A stretch of 32,000 bases of DNA from Candidatus Saccharimonadota bacterium (GTDB lineage: Bacteria > Patescibacteriota > Gracilibacteria > BD1-5 > UBA2023). Below the pieces are notes generated by a model. That model worked only from the letters and a program-made list of their open reading frames with translations, made no database searches and was not told the DNA's origin. Made by a program: the position numbers and the translations under genes. The DNA is taken from positions 1,200,001-1,232,000 of the forward strand of contig OY970170.1 in the NCBI GenBank assembly GCA_963706795.1, in the 5' to 3' direction. Below, piece after piece: positions 1 through 9,768 of this stretch; within the stretch, counting starts at the first letter, position 1, and each line of letters starts with the position of its first letter.

Positions 1-1091
1 ATGATCGCGAGATTGAGTTTTTCTCCTGCAGGAATAAAAGTAGCAGCATAGAACTCAGGATCGAACTCAGCGAGATGAGCACTGAGTCGAGCATAGAGAT
101 CAGCGTCATCGAGTTTGCTGATATATTGCGCATTCATCCAGTCAAGCTTTACAGGATCGAGGATCGGACCAGATTTATTCATCCCACTGACATCGAACGC
201 AGCAATGAGCTCATCCATGCTAAAAATTTCTTGTGTAGTTTTTGGGTTCCAACCAAGAAAGGCGATAAAATTGAGAAGTGCCTCGGGCAAATACCCCTTT
301 GTAAGATAGCTCTCAACTGCCGTATCCCCTGTACGCTTGGAGAGTTTTTTACCGTCAGCGCCCATAATATTTGGCATGTGCGCAAATTCTGGGAGAGTCA
401 TACCAAGGCCTCGAGCTACGAGTACCTGCTTAGGGATAGAAGAAATCCATTCTTCTCCGCGGAAAGCATGAGTTACTCACATGAGATAGTCATCGATAAC
501 GACTGCGCCATGATATGAAGGAAAGCCATCGGACTTAAGAAGAACTTGATCATCTACAACGCTCGAACTCCATTCCATACGCCCCCTGAGAAGATCATGA
601 AAAACAATAGTCTCCGCCTTTGGAACTTTGAGACGGATTGTATACGATTCGCCGCTTGCAACGCGAGCCTTAGAATCCTCAAGAAGGAGATCCCGACAAC
701 ATCCATCGTATTTTGTAGGGAGCTTCAAAGCTTCCTGCTCTTCACGAAGGGTTGTAAGACGCTCGCTCGAGCAAAAACAATAATACGCACTTCCATTTTC
801 TACGAGGGTATGGAGATGCTTTTGATAGATTGGAAGTCGTTGAGACTGAACATACGGACCGTTTCATCCGTCCATATTTGGACCTTCGTCAGGCGCGAGA
901 CCAAATTTAGCGAGCACTGAGAGGAGATTTTCGGTTGCTCATTCTACAAGTCGCCCCTGATCAGTGTCTTCGACACGAAGCAAGAATGTACCGTTATTCT
1001 TGCGAGCATAGAGATAACAATACAGTGCAGTTCGGAGTCCACCGATATGAACATACCCTGTAGGTGAGGGTGCGAATCGAGTTTTTACCAT
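1..1091 (-). CDS. gltX: glutamate--tRNA ligase (GluRS); the C-terminal part runs off the window start
   Basis: ATG at 1089-1091. The protein begins [31 protein letters not shown] (class I HIGH-type motif) and contains [21 protein letters not shown] (KMSKS-type) and [18 protein letters not shown]. Three in-frame TGA codons (939-941, 864-866, 477-479) must be read through. The one in DDYLM-TGA-VTH falls on the conserved Gly of the GluRS HLMG(I/V)T block. Confidence 0.95.
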
Positions 1092-1092
1092 A

Positions 1093-1125
1093 GAAAAAAG
1101 AGAGTTCTCAGTATAGCGAGAACTC
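1093..1125 (-). terminator. rho-independent terminator downstream of the SLH/PKD gene, directly before the gltX ATG
   Basis: On the minus strand: GAGTTCTC (1125-1118), an 8-nt loop, GAGAACTC (1109-1102), then TCTTTTTTCT. The stem is a perfect 8 bp followed by a T-run. Confidence 0.6.
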
Positions 1126-1139
1126 AGGAAACTCCAAGT

Positions 1140-2924
1140 TTAGAATCGAATCTCAAATACTCGTCCGCGAGAATAGATTGCAGATTTATCAGGCGACAAA
1201 ATAGTTGGCACAACTACGTCACAGCTTCGAGCTTCTGCAAGATACTCTGTACTATATGCACACGGACAGCTTGTACAGCTTGCCGCTCCAAAAATCGCAC
1301 CTGTACTCTTCGCACGATCAAAATAACATTGACCACCAACTCAAGTCTGAGTGAGTGCAAAATCATTCCCTTGATAGACATCAACAAAAGGACATCATCC
1401 ATTGGTTTTTGGTCCGGCAACGAGCGGACAGCGATCATCCGAATTAAGTACTCCATCGCCATCCGTATCGATGGACTCTGTAAAGAGAAGCGTGAGATCT
1501 GCAATAGCAGTAGACCCCTGAGAATCACGCACTGTCAGAGAAACTGGAGTTACACCTGGTCGCAAAAATGTATGTACGGGCGAAATCTCAGTCGAAAAGC
1601 TTCCATCCGAAAAATCCCATCGATAGGTATATGGTCCAACTCAACCACTCACCACACCAGTGAATTTTATATCTTGCGGAACCAAACCTGAGAGTTTATT
1701 GGCAGTTGCGGTAACTGAGAGCCCGCGCAGCTGATTTTTTGGAATAGCTGCATCATCACGAATCTCAACTGTAGCAATTGCAGTCGCTGTACGTCCAGTG
1801 TCTTTATCGCGAATAGTGAGGCGCACGAGCCAAGTTCCAGAGCCATCAAGCGCAAATGACTTGAGACAGGCGCCAGATGCAGTCATTTTTTTACCATCTT
1901 GGATTCTCACAAATTCCCAAGAGTATTCGAGATTGCCAGTCGCTTCAGTAATCGCCGAAAATGTGTAATTGGTTTCTTTTTTATCAGGGAAGGTCGTCAC
2001 TGGCGTATCTTTTGAACAAGAGCTTACAGTCTTATCGAGAATACGAATTTCGGCCGTGAATTGATGCGTGCTATCTCCACCATTATTTCCATTCCCAGAA
2101 TTACCATTATTCGAAGAATTCGATCCATTCGAATTGCCAGAAGAATTATTACCGGAATTATTTGAATTATTCGAATTGTTTGAGTTGCCTGATCCATTAC
2201 CACTGCCACTTCCCTGCTTGATCGAACAGAGATTGACTGTAAAAATCTTGGACGCCATGGTGACGAATTCTTTTTTGGAGATGTATTCGTCAGGACGGAT
2301 TTTGTTGTCAGCAAATTTTTTGAGAATACCAGCGTCGAGCCCCTTTTGTGCATAGCCGTACCAGCTTGCATTTACATCCGAGAGGGTTTCACGGTGATTA
2401 AAATTGCTCGTATTGAGATCATTATTCCATAGTCCGGCCTGACGAAGTAGGACGGCAGCTGCTTCGATGCGGGTGATTTTGTTATTCGCACAAAATGGCG
2501 TCTCATTAAAGCTCGTACCATCCTGACAAGTCGAAGTATTTGATCCATTCACGACGTAACCTTCTACCATCTTTTGTTCTTTTGCGTACGAAACACAATA
2601 AAAATTGATATTCTTGCGATCAAAATCTACAAATGGAAGCGTTGTATATTTGAGAATATCATCAAAAGTCGGCATCAAACAGCGCTTACAGGTGACTCCT
2701 ACAACGATCGAGACAAATTCGTCACGATTCATGAGTGCATCTGGGAAGAATTTACCAGTTGGACTCTCTTGGATAATTCCACGTTCGTAGAGTGTTTTGA
2801 GATCTGCGTAATAGTCGTCACTTTCTTTGACATCCGAAAATGGAAGCCCTGACGCAAAAGCTGCCCCCACCGAAAACGAGAGAAGGGACAGAGCTACAAA
2901 AATACGTCAGAACAAACCTTTCAT
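1140..2924 (-). CDS. secreted surface protein: 3 SLH-like repeats, an N/S/G-rich linker, 2 PKD-like domains, a TSP3-type Ca-binding repeat and a Cys-rich tail (594 aa)
   Basis: ATG at 2924 gives the signal peptide MKGLF-G-RIFVALSLLSFSVGAAFA/SG. SLH-like blocks include FSDVKESDDYYADLKTLYERGIIQ..GKFFPDALMNRDEF, NKITRIEAAAVLLRQAGL and LSDVNASWYGYAQKGLDAGIL..IRPDEYISKKEF. PKD-like blocks are YSWEF..DGKK..GTWLVRLTIRDKDTGRT and YTYRWDFSDGSFSTEISPVHTFLRPGVTPVSLTVRDSQGS. The DTDGDGVLNSDDRCP stretch is TSP3-like. Hand translation passes 4 in-frame TGA codons (2907, 1641, about 1394, about 1340) and ends at TAA 1140-1142. Confidence 0.85.
2076..2213 (-). repeat. low-complexity coding tract (46 codons containing only Gly/Ser/Asn)
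   Basis: Encodes GSGSGNGSGNSNNSNNSNNSGNNSSGNSNGSNSSNNGNSGNGNNGG, built from degenerate AAT/AAC/TCN/AGT/GGN triplets. It links the SLH and PKD parts of the protein. Confidence 0.8.
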
Positions 2925-2979
2925 GCAAGAAGTATAGCAAGTGTGCGGAGAAAAAACAAAAACTCCGCAAAAAAATCTT

Positions 2980-4365
2980 CTAGAGTGTATATTTTACAAA
3001 ATCACCGAGTCCGACGCTGTCTACGTCATGAATTTGTTGGTATGAAATCTCATCATACTCGTCGATCTCTGGAGCTTGGATTTCACGTCGGACAATCACA
3101 CTGTCTTCTTCACACTGCATGACGTAGCCTTCAAATGTCTTTCCGATAGCTTTTTCGGCGTATTCATCATAGATTTTGTCGAGCTCTTTTCCGAGCTTTT
3201 TCATGCGTTTTCGGGCAATTTCTTCGTCAACTTTTGCATCAAGCTTGGAGCTTGCAGCGAGCTCTTCGTCATGGTATTGGAACACACCTACGCTCTCAAA
3301 TTTTTGTTTCTTAGCAAACTCAAGAAGTTCTTCAAAATCTTCGTCTGATTCGCCAGGAAAACCAACAATGAAGCTCGTTCGAATAAACGAATCCTTGAAA
3401 TTTTTACGAATGAACGCAAGGATATTTTCGATATGTGCTTGATCATAAAATCTTCCCATTCTCTTGAGAATCTTGGCACTATAGTGCTGGAACGGAATAT
3501 CAAAATACGGGATAAACTTTTTGAGTTTCGTAAGCTTCCCAAAATGCTCAAGCGTGAGTGTATCTGGATAGAGATAGAAGAGTCTAAATCGGAAATCATG
3601 CGGGAGAGCGTCGATTTTTTCGAGAAGCTCGAAAAGTCTAGATTCACCATAGAGATCAGTTCCGTAGCGGGTCGTATCTTGGCAGATGATTTCAATTTCA
3701 CGGATACCGCTCGTAACCATGGTTTCGACTTCTTTGAGGATATCCTCGATCTCGCGGGATTTTTGGCGACCACGAATCTTTGGGATGATACAAAAAGTAC
3801 AGTTGTTGTCACAACCTTCAGCAATTTTGAGGTATTCGTAACCAAATGGCGCATGGATATAGGCGCGTATTTCATCACCCTTCCAGATAAAGGCTTTTTT
3901 GCCAATCTGACTCCCACCGATGGATGAGAGATATTCGCGGAGTTTACCTTCTTTGAGATTGGAGAGAGCACCTTTGAGCTTAGCTACGCCTTCGGTTTTA
4001 ATGAGGCGATTTTCACCGAGAAGCATTTTTTCGATTGATGCGTAGTCGGTAAATGGCAGGATCGCATGGAGATTTTTGAGGCTCGCCAAAAACGCATCAT
4101 CCTTCACAGAGACATAACATCCCATAAGGATGACCTTCTTGCCCATATCATCAAAATATTTGAGCATTTGCTCAGATTCTTCGCGTGCAGTCGAGAGAAA
4201 TCCGCAGGTATTTACAAGGACATATTCAACCTCTTTGTCCTCAGGAGTATCGTAATACTCGATCGCCACACGGTCAGAAAATTTGAGAATCTGCCCGACT
4301 GCGAACTCAAGATCGACGAGATTTTTAGAACAGCCGAGATTAACGGAAGAAAAACGAAATGACAT
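2980..4365 (-). CDS. rimO: ribosomal protein S12 methylthiotransferase RimO (radical SAM MTTase)
   Basis: The protein begins MSFRFSSVNLGCSKNLVDLE (UPF0004 N-terminus). It contains VNTCGF, YLKIAEGCDNNCTFCIIPKIRGRQKSR (the CxxxCxxC radical-SAM cluster in the RimO-type context), FIVGFPGESDEDFEELLEF and a TRAM-like C-terminus. Stop is TAG at 2980-2982. There are no in-frame TGA codons. The start at 4365 was chosen over the track start at 4515 because the 50-aa extension has no MTTase counterpart. Confidence 0.92.
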   Translation of the reverse strand: MSFRFSSVNLGCSKNLVDLEFAVGQILKFSDRVAIEYYDTPEDKEVEYVLVNTCGFLSTAREESEQMLKYFDDMGKKVILMGCYVSVKDDAFLASLKNLHAILPFTDYASIEKMLLGENRLIKTEGVAKLKGALSNLKEGKLREYLSSIGGSQIGKKAFIWKGDEIRAYIHAPFGYEYLKIAEGCDNNCTFCIIPKIRGRQKSREIEDILKEVETMVTSGIREIEIICQDTTRYGTDLYGESRLFELLEKIDALPHDFRFRLFYLYPDTLTLEHFGKLTKLKKFIPYFDIPFQHYSAKILKRMGRFYDQAHIENILAFIRKNFKDSFIRTSFIVGFPGESDEDFEELLEFAKKQKFESVGVFQYHDEELAASSKLDAKVDEEIARKRMKKLGKELDKIYDEYAEKAIGKTFEGYVMQCEEDSVIVRREIQAPEIDEYDEISYQQIHDVDSVGLGDFVKYTL

Positions 4366-4542
4366 GAATGAAAAGAAAAGTCCAAAACGGCACGGATTAT
4401 ATGGAACGTGCTCTCGAGAAGCAAACTGAAAGAAATTTATGTTCTTGAATCCTGAGAGACAAGTCCATGATTTATCGAATCCAACTCCTTGACTTTTTAC
4501 GTTATTGTAGTACAAGTCAGGAAATTCATGTCATCCTCCTAA

Positions 4543-5178
4543 ATGTCAGAGAAGAATATTTTTACGCCACCCGAGCAACCAGACAACACGCCTTCGATTT
4601 TTAAAAAGAAATCTGAATCTATACGAGTTCAGAATCGAACTAACTGGGATTTTTTATCTGCAATTTCAGCGTCCATACCCTGAATCAGTCGATCTCGCCC
4701 AATCGAAAAAAGATATTACAATGTCGAACGAGGCGAGCGCTTGGTCATAGATTCTCCCTGACACGTCTATTGCGAAATATATCGCATGAAGCCTGTAAAA
4801 AGATATTCAGTAGAAACTATTCAAGATGAAAATGACAAAGAAAGAATAGTGCGCAGACAACTTGCAGTATGCAGAGGAATCTATCAAGGACCTGATATCG
4901 ATGAGGATACACCTGCACTCGCTGTACAATTTGAGTCGTATGTCACAGTGCCAATTAGAGAGTGAGATACAATCCGCTTCTATTCAAAAAGCAAAACTCC
5001 AGATGGAGAAGCTCCAGAAGTTCGCAAAGAAATCTATGTCTTCTGACTCCATACAGAGCTCGAAGAAAAAGAAACCGTCGTTACTTGGGTAAAACAACAG
5101 TTTGGTAAAATAGTGCCACCAAAAAATGTGAGAACCCCTTCTCATACGATGAAAATGACTAATATTCGAAAACGATAA
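4543..5178 (+). CDS. hypothetical protein (211 aa) with 4 in-frame TGA codons
   Basis: ATG at 4543 reads to TAA at 5176-5178 only when TGA is a sense codon (..SASIP-G-ISRS.., ..IDSP-G-HVYC.., ..PIRE-G-DTIRF.., ..IYVF-G-LHTE..). The track shows only a 76-aa piece (4862..5092). A strong terminator follows immediately. I recognise no family. Confidence 0.65.
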
Positions 5179-5219
5179 AAAAATCCTCCACACTCTTACG
5201 AGTTACGGAGGATTTTTTT
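5177..5219. terminator. bidirectional rho-independent terminator between the convergent 4543..5178 gene and lepA
   Basis: AAAAAAATCCTCC-acaCTCttacGAGttac-GGAGGATTTTTTT. An A-run sits on one side and a T-run on the other, so it can act on both strands. It overlaps the lepA stop codon. It is copy 1 of a three-member motif family described in the findings. Confidence 0.8.
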
Positions 5220-7098
5220 ATTTCTTGAGAATATTTACAAATGTTTCACTCGGGATACTGACTCTTCAGAATTGTTTCATTTTTTTCTTTCCTTCTTTTT
5301 GTTTTTCGAGGAGTTTGCGCTTACGGGAGATGTCGCCTCCATAGAGTTTAGCAGTAACGTCCTTACGGAGCGCGGAGATATCTTCGCGGGCAATGACATT
5401 AGATCCGAGCGCTGCCTGGATTGCAATCGCAAATTGCGCCTTGGGAATGGCGTCCTTGAGTTTTGAGCAAATGCGGCCACCGAGGGTTCTGGCTCGATCG
5501 CGATGAACGATCATGGAGAAGGCTTCGACTTTTTCTCCGGCTACGAGTACATCGAGTTTGGCGAGATCATCTTGCTTGTATTTGATAAACTCGTAGGAAA
5601 GACTTCCGTATCCACTCGAGAGAGATTTGAGATCATCATAAAAATCTCCAACAAGTTCCGAAAGCGGGATTTCATAGACCAAAACCGCACGTCTCGAATC
5701 AAGGAAGTACTGATTTTTAAAGACTCCACGACGCTCCTGTGAGAGTTGCATGAGATTTCCAACGTATTCCGTAGGAGTGATAATCTCAATCTTTGCAATT
5801 GGCTCCTCAATATGAAGCCAGCTTCCTGGAGGTGGTAAATCCTCAGGGTTACTGATCATGAGAGCCGTACATGTACGATTTTCAAATTGCAAAAGCTCAG
5901 GGCGACTGCGTGGATAGTCAGCCATCTTATCACCTGGAACAATCACGCGATAGGTTACCTGTGGACTTGTCATAATGACGTCCATTTCAAATTCACGCCA
6001 GAGACGCTCTTTGACGATATCAAGATGGAGAAGCCCCAAAAATCCACATCGAAATCCATGACCAAGCGCTGCCGATACCTCATGCTCAGTTACGAGCGAA
6101 GAGTCATTGAGCGTAAGTTTATCGATCGAATCCTTGAGCTTTGGATATTCGTCGGTATCAACTGGGTATACTCCCGCAAAGATAAATGGCGTAATACGCT
6201 TAAAACCGCGGATGGCATTTTTGGATTCCGCTGGACCTCTAAAAACCGTGTCTCCCACGCGGGCATCAGCGATCGTTTTGAGTCCGGTTACGATATAACC
6301 GATCTCACCTTCTTCGATTACACCAATTGGATTCCACTTTGGAGAAAAACATCCAACTTCGAGGGCTTCAATTTTGACTCCGGTATTGATAAATTCGAGA
6401 GGATCGCCCTTTTTAATCTGGCCACAAAAGAGCTTCACATAGATGACTACACCCTTATACGTGTCATACTGCGAATCAAAAATAAGTGCCTTCACTCCTG
6501 ATTTATCAAAATCTGGGCTGGCATGCAAAACGAGCTCAGATGCCGCATTGAGACCTTTAGGTTCAGGCATTCGCTCGATCACCGCATCGAGGACTGATTC
6601 GACATTTTCTCAGGTTTTGGCAGAAACCGAGATGATATCCTCGCGCTTACAACCGAGGAGACTCATAACTTCGGTACTCACGCGCTCAACATCCGCCGAC
6701 GGCAGGTCAATTTTATTAAGTACAGGAATAATCGTGAGATCATTATCGAGAGCAAGATAGACATTGGAAAGCGTCTGTGCTTCGATTCCCTGCGTGGCAT
6801 CAACAACGAGGATAGCTCCTTCAACTGAGGCAAGTGAGCGTGAAACTTCGTATTGGAAGTCTACGTGCCCTGGAGTATCGATAAGATTGAGTTCAATTCC
6901 CTTCCAGTTCATACGTACAGGCGTGAGCTTGATCGTAATTCCACGCTCTTTTTCGATATCCATAGTATCGAGTGTCTGCTCACGGATATCACGTTTTTCG
7001 ATGGTTCCAGTGATTTCGAGCATGCGATCTGCAAGGGTGGATTTCCCGTGATCGATATGGGCGATAATACAAAAATTTCGAATAGATTTTAGAGTCAT
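5218..7098 (-). CDS. lepA: translation elongation factor 4 (LepA)
   Basis: Track ORFs 6610..7098 and 5266..6582 share a frame and are split only by TGA 6610-6612. A second TGA at 5266-5268 is followed by 15 sense codons before TAA 5218-5220. GTPase motifs are present: [25 protein letters not shown]. Read-through gives SVSAKT-G-ENVESVL and [23 protein letters not shown]. Both TGA codons fall on Gly positions that are conserved in LepA (SAKTG; MKQIGNVELPQEAF in E. coli, from memory). Confidence 0.97.
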
Positions 7099-7190
7099 TG
7101 AAGGCAGAAAGCAATGGAAACAAACAAAGTTCCGAAAGTCGGATTTTCGCCGTATCTTATGGAAAAAAGCGTAAAAAGCGAAACAAAAAA

Positions 7191-7595
7191 CTATGCAACA
7201 GAGCGAGGTCTATCGCCTTTTTCTATATCTTGTTTTTGTCGATGAGTGGATTCGATAACAATGGATCATTGGCCAGAATTATCAGCATATACAACAAGAT
7301 TTTTGGATCGTGCTGTTGGATTTGAGAGAAGAACAATATTTTGATATTCTCGCGCATTAATATCTGTGGCAAGTATGCGAATACTCTGAAGAAGATCTTC
7401 AATCTCACTTCCGCCAAGAGAACCTGGATCCTGTTTGAGGATTTCTTGGATACTTTCACGCTCAGATACTATTGTATCGATTGCAGCATACACTGATTTC
7501 AAAACACGTGACATTGGCGCAAGAACCGGAGATTTTTCTTGTCAGACTTGAGGCTGATTTTTTATGAGCGGTACAACGTTATTTGATGAAATCAT
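7191..7595 (-). CDS. hypothetical protein (134 aa from ATG 7595, or 107 aa from ATG 7514)
   Basis: Track ORF 7266..7514 continues through TGA 7266-7268 to TAG 7191-7193. Upstream, the same frame stays open through TGA 7542-7544 to an ATG at 7593-7595. It lies 92 nt upstream of lepA on the same strand. I recognise no family. Confidence 0.55.
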
Positions 7596-7749
7596 GATCA
7601 GAATTGGAACTGTTTATTATAGTGTAGTCAGCGTGGACTACAAGATTTTCCCAATAAATACTGAACTTATAACAAGAGTCAACTCGGAGTAAAACTTCTT
7701 GCAAAAAGATTACCATGTATATAGTTCAAATATCGTCAAATCTCAAAAA

Positions 7750-8715
7750 ATGGCCAGAAACTATCTCCCACAAGCAGAGTATCAAGCACTCAAAGAAGAG
7801 TTTCCTAGTATCTTTGATGCCGCGAACGTTGAACACTTAAAAGGAAGCGTCTGAACTCGGACAGATCAAATTATTGAGCACTATCCTGAGGAGCTTCAGC
7901 CTGAAAACTCTTGGATGGCCTGGGATATTATTCAGCAAAGAACGCAGTTTGTTGGTAAAAAGGTCCTTGAGATCATGGATATCTCTTCTGATGAAGAAAA
8001 AGAAGCAAAGATTGGAGCGTATTACATGTCTGAGATTTTAGGGAATTCCAAAAGCGAGTACACATGGCGCAGTAAAAATGATGAACTCGTCTATAACTAT
8101 GACCTCGAGAGTACCCATGGAGATACCACTATCGTCTGCGTAAATACTCAAAATGACAGCCCCTGATCAATGCATTTCAGGCAGAGTATTTACCCGTTTG
8201 CACTCTCGCTCGTAGCATTTATCTATACTATTGACCCCACCGGAGAGAATACTCTTAAAAAATGGCCGTGGGAATATATGTATTTTAATGGCGCAAATTT
8301 CTGGAAGGGATGAATAGATCGCATTCCGCATCAGTACAATTACCACACCGAAAATAGTGATGATACTCTCGCATTTGGCCATCTTTTTGGGAGTGGGCTA
8401 CACAGAGAAGTTCCAACGAAACATATCCCCCATCTTTCTTTTTGACTCGCAAATTGAAATTTCTGCTATCCAGTATTGAACGAGCAAGAAAAAACGCTTC
8501 ATTTTTATATGCAGGACCTTAACTGAGATACTAAGATAGGGAATCTCTGAACATTCAGCTCACACTTTATCATAAAGAGCGAGGATACTGAGTCTATGTT
8601 TCTTGCTATGGCTCATCTCATAGCACGAGATCATACCGAGCTTCTTTTGGCAATCATGGAATACTTCCCTGACTACTACCAAGAATTCGAAACAAAATAC
8701 TCTGAGGCAAAATAA
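7750..8715 (+). CDS. hypothetical protein (321 aa) with 7 in-frame TGA codons
   Basis: ATG at 7750 (MARNYLPQAEYQALKEEFPSIF..) stays in a single frame, checked codon by codon, through TGA at 7852, 8164, 8311, 8443, 8455, 8524 and 8548 to TAA 8713-8715. The track shows only an 83-aa fragment (7915..8166). The composition looks coding throughout (..AMAHLIARDHTELLLAIMEYFPDYYQEFETKYSEAK). Confidence 0.72.
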
Positions 8716-8778
8716 TATTTTGAAAAGTAAAATTTTCTGCTACAGTGATTGGCTTCATTAATTTTTAAATTCAATCAC

Positions 8779-9261
8779 ATGAACGTATATGATTTTGTAG
8801 TTCCGGCTAAGGGAAACAAGACGGAAGACCTTTCAAAATATAAAGGAAAAGTGACGATTATCGTCAATGTTGCGAGTAAATGCGGACTGACTCCGCAGTA
8901 TGACGGACTTCAAAAGCTCTATGATACCTACAAGGATCAGGGGCTCACGATTCTCGGGTTTCCATGTAATCAGTTTGCCAACCAAGAACCTGGAACTGAT
9001 GAAGAGATTGCCGAAGGATGCAAACTCAACTATGGTGTTACCTTCCCAATCATGGGGAAAATTGACGTCAATGGCGACAATGCAGATCCACTCTATAAAT
9101 TCCTCAAAGACAAAAAACACGGGATTTTTGGAAAAGCAATCAAATGGAATTTTGCCAAATTCCTCGTCGATCAAAATGGTGAAGTCGTCGAACGCTACGC
9201 ACCAACCACCGAGCCAGCCAGTATGGAAGCGGATATCAAGAAGCTTCTCGGAATAGCTTAG
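8779..9261 (+). CDS. gpx: glutathione peroxidase family protein (Cys-type)
   Basis: The protein begins [41 protein letters not shown] and contains [15 protein letters not shown] and [19 protein letters not shown], the three canonical GPx blocks. ATG 8779 is preferred over the TTG at 8749. Stop is TAG 9259-9261. There are no in-frame TGA codons. Confidence 0.94.
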   Translation: MNVYDFVVPAKGNKTEDLSKYKGKVTIIVNVASKCGLTPQYDGLQKLYDTYKDQGLTILGFPCNQFANQEPGTDEEIAEGCKLNYGVTFPIMGKIDVNGDNADPLYKFLKDKKHGIFGKAIKWNFAKFLVDQNGEVVERYAPTTEPASMEADIKKLLGIA

Positions 9262-9265
9262 GCAC

Positions 9266-9300
9266 AAAAAAACACGCTCCTAATGAGCGTGTTTTTATTT
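9266..9300. terminator. rho-independent terminator after gpx (bidirectional geometry)
   Basis: AAAAAAACACGCTC-ctaat-GAGCGTGTTTTTATTT: a 12-14 bp stem, a 5-nt loop and a T-run. Confidence 0.85.
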
Positions 9301-9311
9301 AATATTTGAGA

Positions 9312-9437
9312 CTATCGACCCAAAATACCAACTACTGCACCGGCAACTCCAGCGAGCAAAAATTTCATCATCGTGCTCATAAAGCCGGTTCCACCTCCAT
9401 TTGAGGATGACTTTGGTGCATGACTTGGTGCTGACAT
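9312..9437 (-). CDS. possible small membrane protein (41 aa)
   Basis: The ORF is below the track's size cutoff. It encodes MSAPSHAPKSSSNGGGTGFMSTMMKFLLAGVAGAVVGILGR and ends at TAG 9312-9314. It has one Gly/Ala-rich hydrophobic helix, converges on the 9266..9300 terminator, and has a more protein-like composition than the overlapping 66-aa track ORF. Confidence 0.3.
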   Translation of the reverse strand: MSAPSHAPKSSSNGGGTGFMSTMMKFLLAGVAGAVVGILGR

Positions 9438-9691
9438 ATCTCTCTCGTAACGAATTAATATTCGCGGAATGTACGTACGATTTTTTGATTGTCAAAAATA
9501 TCCAACAAAAATACTGTGAGTTTTATGCAAAGATTGTCGCTCAGACTGCTTTGTACGTAAAAAATAGACCTGATCAAGCAAGAATTTTTTTGCGAATTTC
9601 CCATCCAGCAAGGACGAACTCTGGATGAGCAGTTTGTGGGTATTGAATATTTTGTGTCTTCACGTAATTTATAGTAAATTCAGATGGAATG

Positions 9692-9719
9692 TTGACATTG
9701 ACTAGTTAATTTGTATAAA
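9692..9719 (+). promoter_or_regulatory. candidate sigma70-type promoter for the giant surface-protein genes
   Basis: TTGACA (9692-9697), a 16-nt spacer, then TATAAA (9714-9719). It lies about 50 nt upstream of ATG 9769 in an AT-rich intergenic region. Confidence 0.45.
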
Positions 9720-9768
9720 TCACAAGTTTATGCAGTAAACTTCTCAGAAATTCTTTATCTTTTGCAAT

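Noticed and set aside
2068-2355. A plus-strand ORF encoding a striking PFELPEELLPELFELFELFELPDPLPLPLP peptide.
   Set aside because: It is the antisense reading of the G/S/N linker of the minus-strand SLH/PKD gene, so it is an artefact of the low-complexity tract.
2945-2968. The hairpin GCGGAG-N12-CTCCGC between rimO and the SLH/PKD gene, considered as a terminator.
   Set aside because: On the minus-strand transcript the U-run lies 5' of the stem rather than 3', and on the plus strand the stem is followed by an A-run. The geometry is not canonical for either strand, so I did not call it.
4366-4515. A 50-codon N-terminal extension of rimO, as given by the ORF track (start at 4515).
   Set aside because: The extension (MYYNNVKSQGVGFDKSW...) has no counterpart in MTTases. 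The internal ATG at 4365 gives the canonical short lead-in before SxGCxKN.
5266-7098. lepA appears split into two ORFs and truncated at its C-terminus, and gltX appears split into several. This suggested pseudogenes or frameshifts.
   Set aside because: All pieces are in the same frame and are separated by single TGA codons that fall on conserved Gly positions. There are no frameshifts, so these are intact genes under table 25.
9295-9495. A 66-aa minus-strand track ORF.
   Set aside because: It is rich in Trp, Cys and Arg, it starts in AT-rich intergenic DNA and it runs into the gpx terminator stem. A different frame gives a more plausible 41-aa membrane peptide, which I report at low confidence instead.
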